Source of the DNA: Candidatus Omnitrophota bacterium | Lineage (GTDB): Bacteria; Omnitrophota; Gorgyraeia; 2-02-FULL-51-18; JAGOUK01 | Direction of reading: 5' to 3' | Length of the DNA stretch: 64,000 bases | NCBI GenBank assembly: GCA_047639455.1 | Contig: JBLINS010000001.1 | Coordinates: forward strand, 179 to 64,178 | Part shown: positions 30,460 through 39,836 of the stretch, piece after piece | Layout: the number at the start of each line of letters is the position of its first letter | Position numbering within the stretch: the first letter of the stretch is position 1 | Position numbers and translations under genes: made by a program | The notes under the pieces: generated by a model | The model's database searches: none | Seen by the model: the letters and a program-made list of their open reading frames with translations, nothing else | Told to the model about the DNA's origin: nothing

Positions 30460-31455
30460 ATGGCTAAACTCACTTATAAGAAAAGCGGCGTTGATATTGA
30501 TAAAGCTAATAGCTTCATCGAACAAGTTAAACCCATGATTAAAAAAACCCAAAGAGAAGAAGTTATGGGTGGGGTTGGCGGTTTTGGCGCTTTGTTTAAG
30601 CTACCTCTTGGCAAATACAAAAACCCAGTCTTAGTTAGTGCAACAGATGGCGTTGGCACAAAGCTTAAGTGCGGCAAATTAGCCAAAAAATATGAAATGT
30701 TGGGCATTGATCTCGTGGCCATGAATGTGAATGATATTGTTACGTGCGGCGCCGAACCCTTATTCTTTTTAGATTATTTTGCCGTCGGCAAAATTGAAAT
30801 CGATTATATGAAAGATGTTATGAAGGGTATTACGGGCGCTTGTAAGGAGTCTGGGTGTGCGTTAATTGGCGGCGAGACTGCTGAGATGCCCGGCCTTTAT
30901 CGTACTGGTGATTTTGATTTGGCTGGATTCTGCGTTGGCATTGTCGAAGAGGACAAGCGCATTGACGGGTCTAAGGTTCAAGAAGGGGACGTCATTATTG
31001 GTTTGGCTTCAACCGGATTTCATTCCAATGGATTCTCTTTTGTGCGCAAAGCTTTGACTAATCAATTTATTATGGAACATGCAGATGAGATTTTGAGGCC
31101 CACGCAATTATATGTCAAAGTTGCTTTGGAATTAATGAAAAAAGTTGATGTGCGTGCCATGGCGCATATTACGGGTGGTGGATTCTATGAGAATATCCCG
31201 CGCGTTTTACCTAAAGGGTTGGGTGCTATATTGCATGCCGAAAGTTGGAAGATTCCATCTGTATTTCAATGGGTATCAGAAAAAGCTAAAGTGAGCTTCA
31301 AAGAAATGTACCGGACTTTTAATATGGGTATTGGCTATGTTGTTGTGGTTCCACAGGCAGATGCACACAAGGCGTTAAAAACTATTAGTCGCATGGATAT
31401 CGATGCTTGGGTTATTGGCGAAATCAATAAGGGTGACGGAGTTGTGATTCAGTGA
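30460..31455 (+). CDS. purM: phosphoribosylformylglycinamidine cyclo-ligase
   Basis: AIR synthase family. Confidence 0.9.
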   Translation: MAKLTYKKSGVDIDKANSFIEQVKPMIKKTQREEVMGGVGGFGALFKLPLGKYKNPVLVSATDGVGTKLKCGKLAKKYEMLGIDLVAMNVNDIVTCGAEPLFFLDYFAVGKIEIDYMKDVMKGITGACKESGCALIGGETAEMPGLYRTGDFDLAGFCVGIVEEDKRIDGSKVQEGDVIIGLASTGFHSNGFSFVRKALTNQFIMEHADEILRPTQLYVKVALELMKKVDVRAMAHITGGGFYENIPRVLPKGLGAILHAESWKIPSVFQWVSEKAKVSFKEMYRTFNMGIGYVVVVPQADAHKALKTISRMDIDAWVIGEINKGDGVVIQ

Positions 31456-32720
31456 AAGTCTTAATTGTTGGCCAAGGCGGCAGGGAGCATGTTTTGGCAG
31501 CAAAGGCCGCTCAAAGCCGCGGTGTTGAACAGGTTTATTGCGCACCTGGAAATGCGGGTATGTCTGAAATTGCTGAGTGCGTTCATGTCGAGGGCAATCA
31601 AGCTTTATTAGACTTCGCTAAAACACAAAAAATTGACTTAACCATTATTGGTCCCGAAGCACCATTAGTTGATGGCATTGTTGATTTATTTAAAGAAGCT
31701 GGACTATGTGTTTTTGGCCCTAATAAATACGCCAGTCAATTAGAAGGCTCAAAAATATTTTCAAAAGAAATTATGCAGGCTTTAAATATACCGACAGCAG
31801 AATATGCGCAATTTAGTGAAATTGAGACCGCAATTAAGCATTTGGATACAATTTCTTTTCCGTCAGTGATTAAAGCGGATGGATTAGCCGCAGGCAAAGG
31901 CGTGACTATCGCGCAAAATAAAGCTGAGGCCGAGGCGGCTATTACTTCAGCTATGCAGGATAAGACCTTTGGATCAGCTGGCGATAATATTATTATTGAA
32001 GAGTTTCTTGAAGGTGAAGAAGCTTCGTTGATTGCTATCGCTGATGGCGAAACTGTCAAATTGCTAGCATCGAGCCAAGATCACAAACGCATATTTGATG
32101 GTGATGAAGGGCCTAATACTGGCGGAATGGGAGCTTATTCACCCGCACCCATAGTGACTGAATCTATTAGCCGTGAAGCGGAAGAAAAAGTGTTTAAGCC
32201 TATTATTGCCGAAATGAAAAGATTGGGTCATCCCTTTATTGGTTTTTTATATGCTGGCATTATGGTCACGGATAAGGGTATGCGTGTTTTGGAATTCAAT
32301 GTACGTTTTGGCGATCCAGAAGCGCAAGTTGTTTTGGAGCGCTTGGATTCTGACCTCATTGAATTGATTCTTGCTTGTACGAATGTTGAATTGAGTCAAT
32401 TTGATATAGCTTGGAAGCCAGAATCTGCAGTCACAGTTGTTTTGGCATCAGCTGGTTATCCAGCTTCTTCCACAAAGGGCGCTGTCATTGAAGGCATAAG
32501 TAAAATCAAGGATTTGGAAAATACGGCTATTTATCATGCGGGCACTCGCAAGAATGGCGATGCTGTAGAGACAGATGGTGGGCGTGTATTGAGCATTGTT
32601 GGTACTGGTTCAGACATTGAAGAGGCTGTGAAGCGAGTCTATGTGGGCGTTGACCAAATCAAATTTGAAGGTATGCAATTTAGGCGAGATATTGCTCACC
32701 GAGCATTATCGCGCGTATAA
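31452..32720 (+). CDS. purD: phosphoribosylamine-glycine ligase
   Basis: ATP-grasp GAR synthetase. Confidence 0.9.
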   Translation: MKVLIVGQGGREHVLAAKAAQSRGVEQVYCAPGNAGMSEIAECVHVEGNQALLDFAKTQKIDLTIIGPEAPLVDGIVDLFKEAGLCVFGPNKYASQLEGSKIFSKEIMQALNIPTAEYAQFSEIETAIKHLDTISFPSVIKADGLAAGKGVTIAQNKAEAEAAITSAMQDKTFGSAGDNIIIEEFLEGEEASLIAIADGETVKLLASSQDHKRIFDGDEGPNTGGMGAYSPAPIVTESISREAEEKVFKPIIAEMKRLGHPFIGFLYAGIMVTDKGMRVLEFNVRFGDPEAQVVLERLDSDLIELILACTNVELSQFDIAWKPESAVTVVLASAGYPASSTKGAVIEGISKIKDLENTAIYHAGTRKNGDAVETDGGRVLSIVGTGSDIEEAVKRVYVGVDQIKFEGMQFRRDIAHRALSRV

Positions 32721-32737
32721 TTTAAGAGGGAATTCAT

Positions 32738-33232
32738 ATGACAAACAATAATATTCGTGTAGGCATTATTATGGGTAGCACATCGGACGAAGAGCAAATG
32801 AAGCCTTGCGGTCAAGTTCTTAGAGATTTTGATATTGCTTTTGAAGCCAGGGTGTTATCTGCGCATCGTACGCCAGATGAAACGGTTGAATTTGTCTCTA
32901 CAGCTAAAGCGCGCGGTATTCAGGTGATTATTGCAGCCGCTGGAGGAGCCGCTCATTTAGCGGGTGTTGCTGCAGCACATACCGATTTGCCCGTAATTGG
33001 CATACCTATTGAATCAAAAAGCTTAAAGGGCATGGACTCCCTTTTGTCTACAGTTCAAATGCCTCCTGGCATACCTGTTGCCTGTGTTGCCATTGGGACT
33101 ATGGGATCGAAGAATGCCGCTCACTTAGCCATTCGCATTATGGCTTTGGGCGATGAGGTACTCACAGCCAAACTCAAAACATTCAAAGAAAAAATGCGCA
33201 CAGATATTTTGTCGTCTACGGTTAATCTATGA
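32738..33232 (+). CDS. purE: (N5-)carboxyaminoimidazole ribonucleotide mutase
   Basis: PurE family (GSTSDEE..., AHRTP..., AGGAAHL). No purK is adjacent. Confidence 0.85.
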   Translation: MTNNNIRVGIIMGSTSDEEQMKPCGQVLRDFDIAFEARVLSAHRTPDETVEFVSTAKARGIQVIIAAAGGAAHLAGVAAAHTDLPVIGIPIESKSLKGMDSLLSTVQMPPGIPVACVAIGTMGSKNAAHLAIRIMALGDEVLTAKLKTFKEKMRTDILSSTVNL

Positions 33233-33729
33233 GTAGTGAATTAGCCCACCCAATCAAAGCAATACTTTTTGTTTGTACTGGTAATAGCTGTCGCAGTGTT
33301 ATGGCTGAACAATTAGCTGCTAAATTAATTCGAGATGCGGATTATCCAATTGAGGTTGATTCAGCTGGGACTATGCGTGGAGGTGGCTTAACTGCTAGTC
33401 CTGAAACTCGCGTGGTTTTGAGACGCGACGATATAGACGCTAGCGAACATCTTTCCAAGCCTTTATCTCAAGACTTATTGGATAAAGCGGACTTGGTATG
33501 TGTAATGACCAAAGGTCATTACCAAATCATTGCTGATAGTTTTCCTGAAGCAGTGATAAAAACACGTATTCTTGCTGAATTTTATGAGGGTGAATACGCA
33601 TCTCAAATGGGCGATGGTATTCCTGATCCTATTGGCATGGGGCAAGTGTTTTATGATCGCGTTTATGGTGTAATTCAAAATTCCTTAAAAAATATGTTTC
33701 AGTCTATAGAAGCTGGAGCTCAGAAATGA
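33229..33729 (+). CDS. low-molecular-weight protein tyrosine phosphatase
   Basis: ILFVCTGNSCRSVMAE P-loop and a DP motif. Confidence 0.85.
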   Translation: MSSELAHPIKAILFVCTGNSCRSVMAEQLAAKLIRDADYPIEVDSAGTMRGGGLTASPETRVVLRRDDIDASEHLSKPLSQDLLDKADLVCVMTKGHYQIIADSFPEAVIKTRILAEFYEGEYASQMGDGIPDPIGMGQVFYDRVYGVIQNSLKNMFQSIEAGAQK

Positions 33730-34166
33730 AGATAGCGATTGGTGCTGATCATAGGGGTTATCAAGTCAAAAATAGCATTGGCGACTACCTAAAGAAAGAA
33801 CAATATGTAGTCATTGATTGCGGTACGAATTCTGATGAGTCTTGTGATTACCCTGGAATTGCTTACGCTGTTGCTAAAGCAGTGCAAACTAAAGAAGCAG
33901 ATTATGGCATTTTAATTTGTAATAGCGGCATTGGAATGGCTATTGTTGCTAATAAAGTCAGCGGAATTCGGGCTGCATTATGCCACAATGAAAATAGTGC
34001 AACTCTATCGAAACAACATAATAATGCTAATGTATTGGTTTTGGCTGCTGGAGAAATAAGTAGCGGCATGAACGATATTATAAAGACCTGGTTGAATACG
34101 AAGTTTGAGGGTGGGCGTCACGAAAGACGCGTAAACCAAATCACTGATATTGAAACACGTGTGTAA
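33726..34166 (+). CDS. rpiB: ribose-5-phosphate isomerase B
   Basis: RpiB/LacAB family (MKIAIGADHRGY...ICNSGIGM). Confidence 0.85.
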   Translation: MKIAIGADHRGYQVKNSIGDYLKKEQYVVIDCGTNSDESCDYPGIAYAVAKAVQTKEADYGILICNSGIGMAIVANKVSGIRAALCHNENSATLSKQHNNANVLVLAAGEISSGMNDIIKTWLNTKFEGGRHERRVNQITDIETRV

Positions 34167-34178
34167 AAGGGAGCCGAA

Positions 34179-35453
34179 GTGGAAAGTTTAAAGTCACAAG
34201 ATCCAGATATTTTTGATGCTATTAGCAAAGAAGCTAGGCGTCAGCACGATAATATTGAACTCATTGCGAGTGAGAATTTTACTAGCCCCGCTGTTATGGA
34301 ATGTTGCGGCACCGTTTTGACTAATAAATACGCTGAAGGTTACCCTGGTAAGAGATGGTATGGCGGTTGCCAACACGTAGATATAATTGAAGACTTGGCT
34401 ATTAAGCGCGCTAAGGATTTGTTTGGAGCTGAGCATGCTAATGTGCAACCACATTCAGGCTCGCAGGCTAATATGGCGGCATATTTTGCCTTAATTAAGC
34501 CGGGTGACACTGTTATGGCTATGAATTTGGCTCATGGCGGTCATTTGACGCATGGGCATCCGATGAATTTTAGCGGGAATTTATTTAATATTATTCCTTA
34601 TGGAGTTAGTGAAGCGGATGAGTACATTGATTATGATGCTTTGGAAAAACTAGCTCTCGAACATAAGCCGCATTTATTATTAGCGGGTGCTTCAGCGTAT
34701 TCTCGAACAATTGACTTCAAACGCTTTAGAGCAATAGCTGATAAGGTGGGTGCCAAACTAATGGTCGATATGGCCCACATAGCTGGCTTAGTTGCCACTG
34801 GCTTACATCCTAGCCCGATACCATATTCTGATATAGTCACGACAACAACGCATAAAACTTTGCGTGGTCCAAGAGGTGGTTTAATTCTATGCAAAGCGGA
34901 ACACGCTAAGGCTGTTGATGCTCAAGTTTTTCCAGGCGGTCAAGGCGGACCATTAATGCATATTATTGCTGGCAAAGCTGTGGCGCTTAAAGAAGCGGCG
35001 ACTGAAGAATTCAAAGATTATCAAAAACAAGTTATTCAAAATGCTCAAGTAATGGCAAAAGTATTGTCAGATAAAGGTTTTAGAATTATTTCTGGTGGCA
35101 CTGATAATCATCTATTCATGGTTGATGTCACCATTAAGGGTCTGACAGGTAAAGCCGCGGCCAATATTTTGGACGAAGCTCGTATAACGGTTAATAAAAA
35201 TACCATTCCATTTGATAAAAACTCTCCCTTTGTGGCTTCTGGCATTCGTATCGGAACCCCTGCAATCACGACGCGTGGTATGAAAATTGAAGAGATGAAG
35301 CTGATTGGCGAATTGATTGCGCGAGTTTTGACAAGTGGTGAGGATGAGTCTGAAATAAAGGCCGTATCTAATGAAGTTGGTCAATTGACCGAAAAATTCC
35401 CCTTATACTCCGAGCTTTGGGAAAAATATGCTATCGCAAAGACTAATTGCTAA
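34179..35453 (+). CDS. glyA: serine hydroxymethyltransferase
   Basis: SHMT signature ([13 protein letters not shown]). GTG start with a GGGAG SD. Confidence 0.9.
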   Translation: MESLKSQDPDIFDAISKEARRQHDNIELIASENFTSPAVMECCGTVLTNKYAEGYPGKRWYGGCQHVDIIEDLAIKRAKDLFGAEHANVQPHSGSQANMAAYFALIKPGDTVMAMNLAHGGHLTHGHPMNFSGNLFNIIPYGVSEADEYIDYDALEKLALEHKPHLLLAGASAYSRTIDFKRFRAIADKVGAKLMVDMAHIAGLVATGLHPSPIPYSDIVTTTTHKTLRGPRGGLILCKAEHAKAVDAQVFPGGQGGPLMHIIAGKAVALKEAATEEFKDYQKQVIQNAQVMAKVLSDKGFRIISGGTDNHLFMVDVTIKGLTGKAAANILDEARITVNKNTIPFDKNSPFVASGIRIGTPAITTRGMKIEEMKLIGELIARVLTSGEDESEIKAVSNEVGQLTEKFPLYSELWEKYAIAKTNC

Positions 35454-35465
35454 GGAAGTATTGAT

Positions 35466-35921
35466 ATGAAGTGTCCATTTTGCGCATGTTTAAAAGATAA
35501 AGTCATTGATTCTAGATCTGCTAACGAAAATCGTTCGGTTAGGCGCAGACGTGAGTGCCTCAAATGTCATAAACGCTTCACGACTTATGAATCTATCGAA
35601 GAAATTTCAATTATGGTCGTTAAGCGTGATGGTCGCAGAGAAGTTTTTGATAAACAAAAAATTATTGGCGGTATCTTAAAATCTTGCGAAAAGCGCGCCG
35701 TTAGCATCCAACAGGTAGATGAATTAGTTGATCGTGTTGAGCGTGAATTACACGAAAACTTTGAAAAAGAAGTGCCTGTACAACAAGTTGGCGAATTGGT
35801 CATGCGTTTTTTACATGATTTGGACGAAGTTGCATATGTGCGCTTTGCCTCAGTTTACCGCTCCTTCAAGGATATTAATCAATTCATGGGTGAACTAAAA
35901 GACCTATTGAGTAAACCCTAG
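35466..35921 (+). CDS. nrdR: transcriptional repressor NrdR
   Basis: N-terminal CPFC...C..C zinc ribbon plus an ATP-cone. Confidence 0.9.
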   Translation: MKCPFCACLKDKVIDSRSANENRSVRRRRECLKCHKRFTTYESIEEISIMVVKRDGRREVFDKQKIIGGILKSCEKRAVSIQQVDELVDRVERELHENFEKEVPVQQVGELVMRFLHDLDEVAYVRFASVYRSFKDINQFMGELKDLLSKP

Positions 35922-35949
35922 ATTCTTAGAAGCCATTGACTGTGATGCT

Positions 35950-37560
35950 GTGAGCTTCAAAATAAGCAAGCATTCCATTGCACCATCAAACAGTTCGTCC
36001 TGGACTGTTTTAGACACAGTGCTTTCAGGATTACTTTTCGCACTAGCACTTTATTTGTATTTTGTTCAATTGAATAGCCCTATGGTTTGGGAGTCTGATG
36101 AAACCAAGGCCTATTTAAACTTCTTTCCTCCTACACCTGGCCTATATATGTTTTCTAGAGACGCTATTATTCTCTTCAAGTCGTTCACGGCACCATATTA
36201 TGTGAATGCTTTTTTTGGTTTATTTAGCTCAATGCTTATTTTTGGCATCGTACGCATGTTGTATTCACATAGGTTCGCTATGCTAGTTGCATTGGCTTAT
36301 ATTACTTTAGACCTACCCTTGGCATATGCCCGCATCCTTTTCTATTCGACTCTGGTTACCTTTTTTGCATTATTGGCTATTTGGTTATTTTTAAAAGCCG
36401 AGAAACTGAATAAGCCATGGCTGTATATTCTGGCAGGATTTTGTCAGGGCATGATGCTGATGATGCATCCATCAGCTTATGCAAGTGTTTTAGGTGTTGG
36501 GTTGGGGCTAATGTTTTTAAAATTCAGTCATAACCCCTATGAGTCAACCAATGCTTGGTGGCTGTACCCTATATTAGCTTTTTTAGGTTTTGTTGCAGCG
36601 ATACTTTTGGTTGACCATTGTTTTTTTATGCCCATAGACTCAATGAATCGGTCGTATTTTGTACATATGGGCTATCATCAACAAAATTCTTCTACAGAAC
36701 TTTATGCGGGGGCCATGGGTTGGAATGCTATCAAACATGCTTATAGCGCCTTAATTAATTCAGAATTAAGATCCCCTGAACGACTCATTCGGCATGCCAT
36801 TGTGTATATTGGCATTTTGTCTTCCATATCGTTCGCATGGCGTTCTAAGGATAAAAAGGCACTAGGCTTGATGCTTATATCAATCGCCACACTCGTGATT
36901 ATATTCACGGCGGGATTATTTAATAAGCACACGGTTTTTTTGCGACACTATACAGTCATTGCAATGAGTATTAGCTTTTGTATTGCCTATTCTTTGGCGG
37001 GCTTATTTTCTTCGCGAAGAAATGGTTTGAAAATAGCCGCAGTAATTCTGGCTTTGGTGTATTTTACAATGAGCGGCATAAGTTCTTATAAAATTGCACA
37101 TTCACTACTAAGTTTGGACGATATAGACTCTTATTTGCATGAGCAAAATATTGAAAAAAAAGATATAGTGACTGCTTTTTATACCATCAACCGCCTCCAC
37201 AATTACTTAGAGGGTAGTATATCGACACATACGCCGACAATTAAAAAAGGGCATAATAGCCCACCTGATTGGGAGAAGATTTTTTATTCATATTTGACTG
37301 GGCAACACCATTATTATATTTCATCTGGAATTGGCGGGGAACATATTCGACCCGCTTTAAAGGACGTGATCATAAAATACACCGAACCGCTTCAAACATG
37401 GCGCCATCCTCACGATAACCCTTATTTAACTCGGCAGTCTAAGGATGGGCTAACTATGAGCCTATATCGCATAGAAGATCTGTTGGCAACGTATAAACGT
37501 TTAAAAGTGGCGCTCGATATTCAACAATCCCGATCTATTGCAGGTAAAAATGTTAAATAG
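35950..37560 (+). CDS. GT-C fold membrane glycosyltransferase-like protein (PMT/ArnT-like), paralog 1
   Basis: 536 aa, about 11-13 TM. A DE motif in the first extracytoplasmic loop (WESDETKAY). A C-terminal soluble domain with W(R/K)HPHD(N/T)PY that is shared with the next gene. Confidence 0.55.
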   Translation: MSFKISKHSIAPSNSSSWTVLDTVLSGLLFALALYLYFVQLNSPMVWESDETKAYLNFFPPTPGLYMFSRDAIILFKSFTAPYYVNAFFGLFSSMLIFGIVRMLYSHRFAMLVALAYITLDLPLAYARILFYSTLVTFFALLAIWLFLKAEKLNKPWLYILAGFCQGMMLMMHPSAYASVLGVGLGLMFLKFSHNPYESTNAWWLYPILAFLGFVAAILLVDHCFFMPIDSMNRSYFVHMGYHQQNSSTELYAGAMGWNAIKHAYSALINSELRSPERLIRHAIVYIGILSSISFAWRSKDKKALGLMLISIATLVIIFTAGLFNKHTVFLRHYTVIAMSISFCIAYSLAGLFSSRRNGLKIAAVILALVYFTMSGISSYKIAHSLLSLDDIDSYLHEQNIEKKDIVTAFYTINRLHNYLEGSISTHTPTIKKGHNSPPDWEKIFYSYLTGQHHYYISSGIGGEHIRPALKDVIIKYTEPLQTWRHPHDNPYLTRQSKDGLTMSLYRIEDLLATYKRLKVALDIQQSRSIAGKNVK

Positions 37561-39115
37561 GCAAAATTCCCAAATCTTTGCATTGCGTGTTTGTATATGC
37601 ATCGGATTGATGTGCATGCTCTACTTTAATTTTTACAAATTATCCGGCGTAGTGATAACGCATTCAGATGAGAATAGAGCTTTTCACTTTCAATTATTTG
37701 CACCCCTAATTTATTTTGTCAACAAGCCCTTGATTACATATTTTAATAGTTTTGATGCAGCTTATTATCTTCAGGGTTTTGTGGGCTGCATGAATATTAT
37801 TTTGATTTATGGCGTTGGGCGCAGATACTTTTCGAAGGCCATAGGGCTAATAACTGCATCTTTTTATCTTTTTTATGATTATCAATTAGCTTTTGTCAAA
37901 ATGCTATATTACTCAAATTATATGGTTTTTCTTTGTTTAATCAGCATCTTACTATGCAGAATTGCATTGAATCGAAGATCTTATGTAATAAGCTTCTTAG
38001 CCGGCACACCATTAGCGCTGATGTTTTTTTCTCATCCAGCGGCTTTTGCGCCCATTAGTATGTTGTTTATTTTTATGATTTTGGCTATATACGTCGAGAG
38101 GGATGAGATAGGTTTTAGAGGGATTTGGTTATTGAGCTTATTTGGCTTAGGTGCTTTGAGCGCCTTGGTTAGTCTCGAAGCCTTGAATCTATATTACCAA
38201 ACGTATATTTTAAAAGTGGACGCAATGCCGTATCTTTTAGATATATTTCAATTCAAAACTATCACTCAAGGATTCGAGTCAAAGAACTCAACCCAACAAA
38301 TTATACAATTTGCTAATACCTATGGACGCGCGCTATTTTGGACCTCAGCGTTGGTGACTTTTAGAAATACAATGATTCTATTTTGCTTTGTATTTGCGCT
38401 TGTATCTGCCATATGCAGACGCCAAAGAAATATGTTACTTTTCCTAAGTCTTGCGTTGTCGGGCATTACTGTTTGGATTATGGCTATGTATTTATTAGAC
38501 ATGCCTATATTTAGGAGATCCTTGGTCTGGATGTCTATACCAATATCTTTCTCATTCGCATATACAGTGCAGCGCTTGTGGTGTCTGGGGATAAAAGCGC
38601 TTAAATTGGCCATGCTGATTATTCTAGCGATTTATTTCATGTCAGCCGCATGGCAATGTCATTTGATCACACAAGAATTATGGACCATGCAACCTATAGA
38701 GAAATATTTGGATCAGCGCGGAATTAGTAAAAAGGATATAGTTTCAGATTTTCCGCTATTCAGAAGACAGGATATTACTAATAAAAATATTCCACGTGGA
38801 GTTCCTAAAAAGACTACTACGGTTCAATTGAATGGGGCGGATGAATTAAAATATCATTTGGATTGGCAAAAAATATACGCCATGTATAAATATGGCATGA
38901 TTAGTCATTATTTATCTACTAGCCTTGGGGCTTTGCTTGATTTTTACCATGATGATCCATTATTGAATCGTGTTGAACCTATGATGGAGTGGAAGCATCC
39001 ACATGATACTCCATATATCAATATGCTGGGGCGTCCAGGACAAAAGATAAAGCTATATGACTTAGATGAAGTATTCGCTCCCGTGAATGCTCTAGCAGAT
39101 AAAAAAGCTCAATAA
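37538..39115 (+). CDS. GT-C fold membrane glycosyltransferase-like protein, paralog 2
   Basis: 525 aa. DEN in the first loop. The C-terminal domain is clearly homologous to paralog 1 (HYLS.S.G...W.HPHD.PY). Overlaps paralog 1 by 23 nt. Confidence 0.55.
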   Translation: MQVKMLNRQNSQIFALRVCICIGLMCMLYFNFYKLSGVVITHSDENRAFHFQLFAPLIYFVNKPLITYFNSFDAAYYLQGFVGCMNIILIYGVGRRYFSKAIGLITASFYLFYDYQLAFVKMLYYSNYMVFLCLISILLCRIALNRRSYVISFLAGTPLALMFFSHPAAFAPISMLFIFMILAIYVERDEIGFRGIWLLSLFGLGALSALVSLEALNLYYQTYILKVDAMPYLLDIFQFKTITQGFESKNSTQQIIQFANTYGRALFWTSALVTFRNTMILFCFVFALVSAICRRQRNMLLFLSLALSGITVWIMAMYLLDMPIFRRSLVWMSIPISFSFAYTVQRLWCLGIKALKLAMLIILAIYFMSAAWQCHLITQELWTMQPIEKYLDQRGISKKDIVSDFPLFRRQDITNKNIPRGVPKKTTTVQLNGADELKYHLDWQKIYAMYKYGMISHYLSTSLGALLDFYHDDPLLNRVEPMMEWKHPHDTPYINMLGRPGQKIKLYDLDEVFAPVNALADKKAQ

Positions 39116-39460
39116 GAGTCTGTGCCCGCATAATCGATATGCCCTCCACAATCTGATTGTTGAAACTAATTTTGTGAACGCAGCTCCTACAGAAATGGCG
39201 TGAACATCAATCTATTAAACAACACGCCATCTCAGTGCGAGCTGTCTTAATCACAAAATACGTCAACAATCAAAATTGTTCCGGATATACCGATTATGCG
39301 GACACTAATTATCAATGTACTAAAACTCCTCAAAAAATATAATTAATGGAAAATAAAATTAAGACAAAAGGATGCGCCTATAGGCAGCGGGTATCCTCAC
39401 CGCCGCAAAGTCTAAAAGCGGTTAACCCATTAAGAGTTTAGGCTGTTTAAAACCTGGCGG
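39116..39460. repeat. composite structured repeat element, copy 1 (candidate ncRNA / non-autonomous element)
   Basis: A long imperfect hairpin of about 180 nt (39124-39300; arms caatctgattgttga / tcaacaatcaaaattg; inner stems cagctc/gagctg and ggcgtg/cacgcc). Then a gcgcctataggcagcgggtatcc module and an aaaaccTGGCggtttt hairpin. A second copy lies at 61965-62400. Confidence 0.6.
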
Positions 39461-39625
39461 TTTTAAAGACGCAGCTTAGACAAGGAATCCTGAAAACCTG
39501 GCGGTTTTAAAGACGCAGCTTAGACAAGGAATCCTGAAAACCTGGCGGTTTTAAAGACGCAGGCTATAACAAGGAATCCTGAAAACCGGGCGGTTTTAAA
39601 GGCACGGGTTTGAAACAGATTACGA
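39457..39625. repeat. 44-bp tandem direct repeat x about 3.5
   Basis: Unit gaaaacctggcggttttaaagacgcagcttagacaaggaatcct. Each unit contains the small hairpin AAAACC-tggc-GGTTTT. Confidence 0.85.
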
Positions 39626-39639
39626 AAACCCTTGTTCGC

Positions 39640-39705
39640 CACAGTCATCCTGAGCCACCACGTAGTAGGTGGCGTGAGGATCCCACAGAATGTCTTTAGA
39701 CTATG
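39640..39705. repeat. MITE/REP-like dispersed repeat, family A copy (inverted orientation)
   Basis: gtcatcctgagccaccacgtagtaggtggcgtgaggatcccacagaatg is the reverse complement of the cattctg..gatcctcacg...caggatgac consensus. Confidence 0.7.
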
Positions 39706-39836
39706 TTTTTGACAACTTTTTGCATGTTTGAAAGCGGTTAACCCATTAAGAGTTTAGGCTGTTTAAAACCTCGCGGTGTTAATGACGCAGGCTTTATAAA
39801 ATGGAATTCTAAAAACTTGTAGTTGAAGCTGTGAAT

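Noticed and set aside
39457-39625. Possible CRISPR array
   Set aside because: The repeats are directly abutting 44-bp units with no unique spacers, and no cas genes are in the window. It is a tandem repeat or iteron, not CRISPR.
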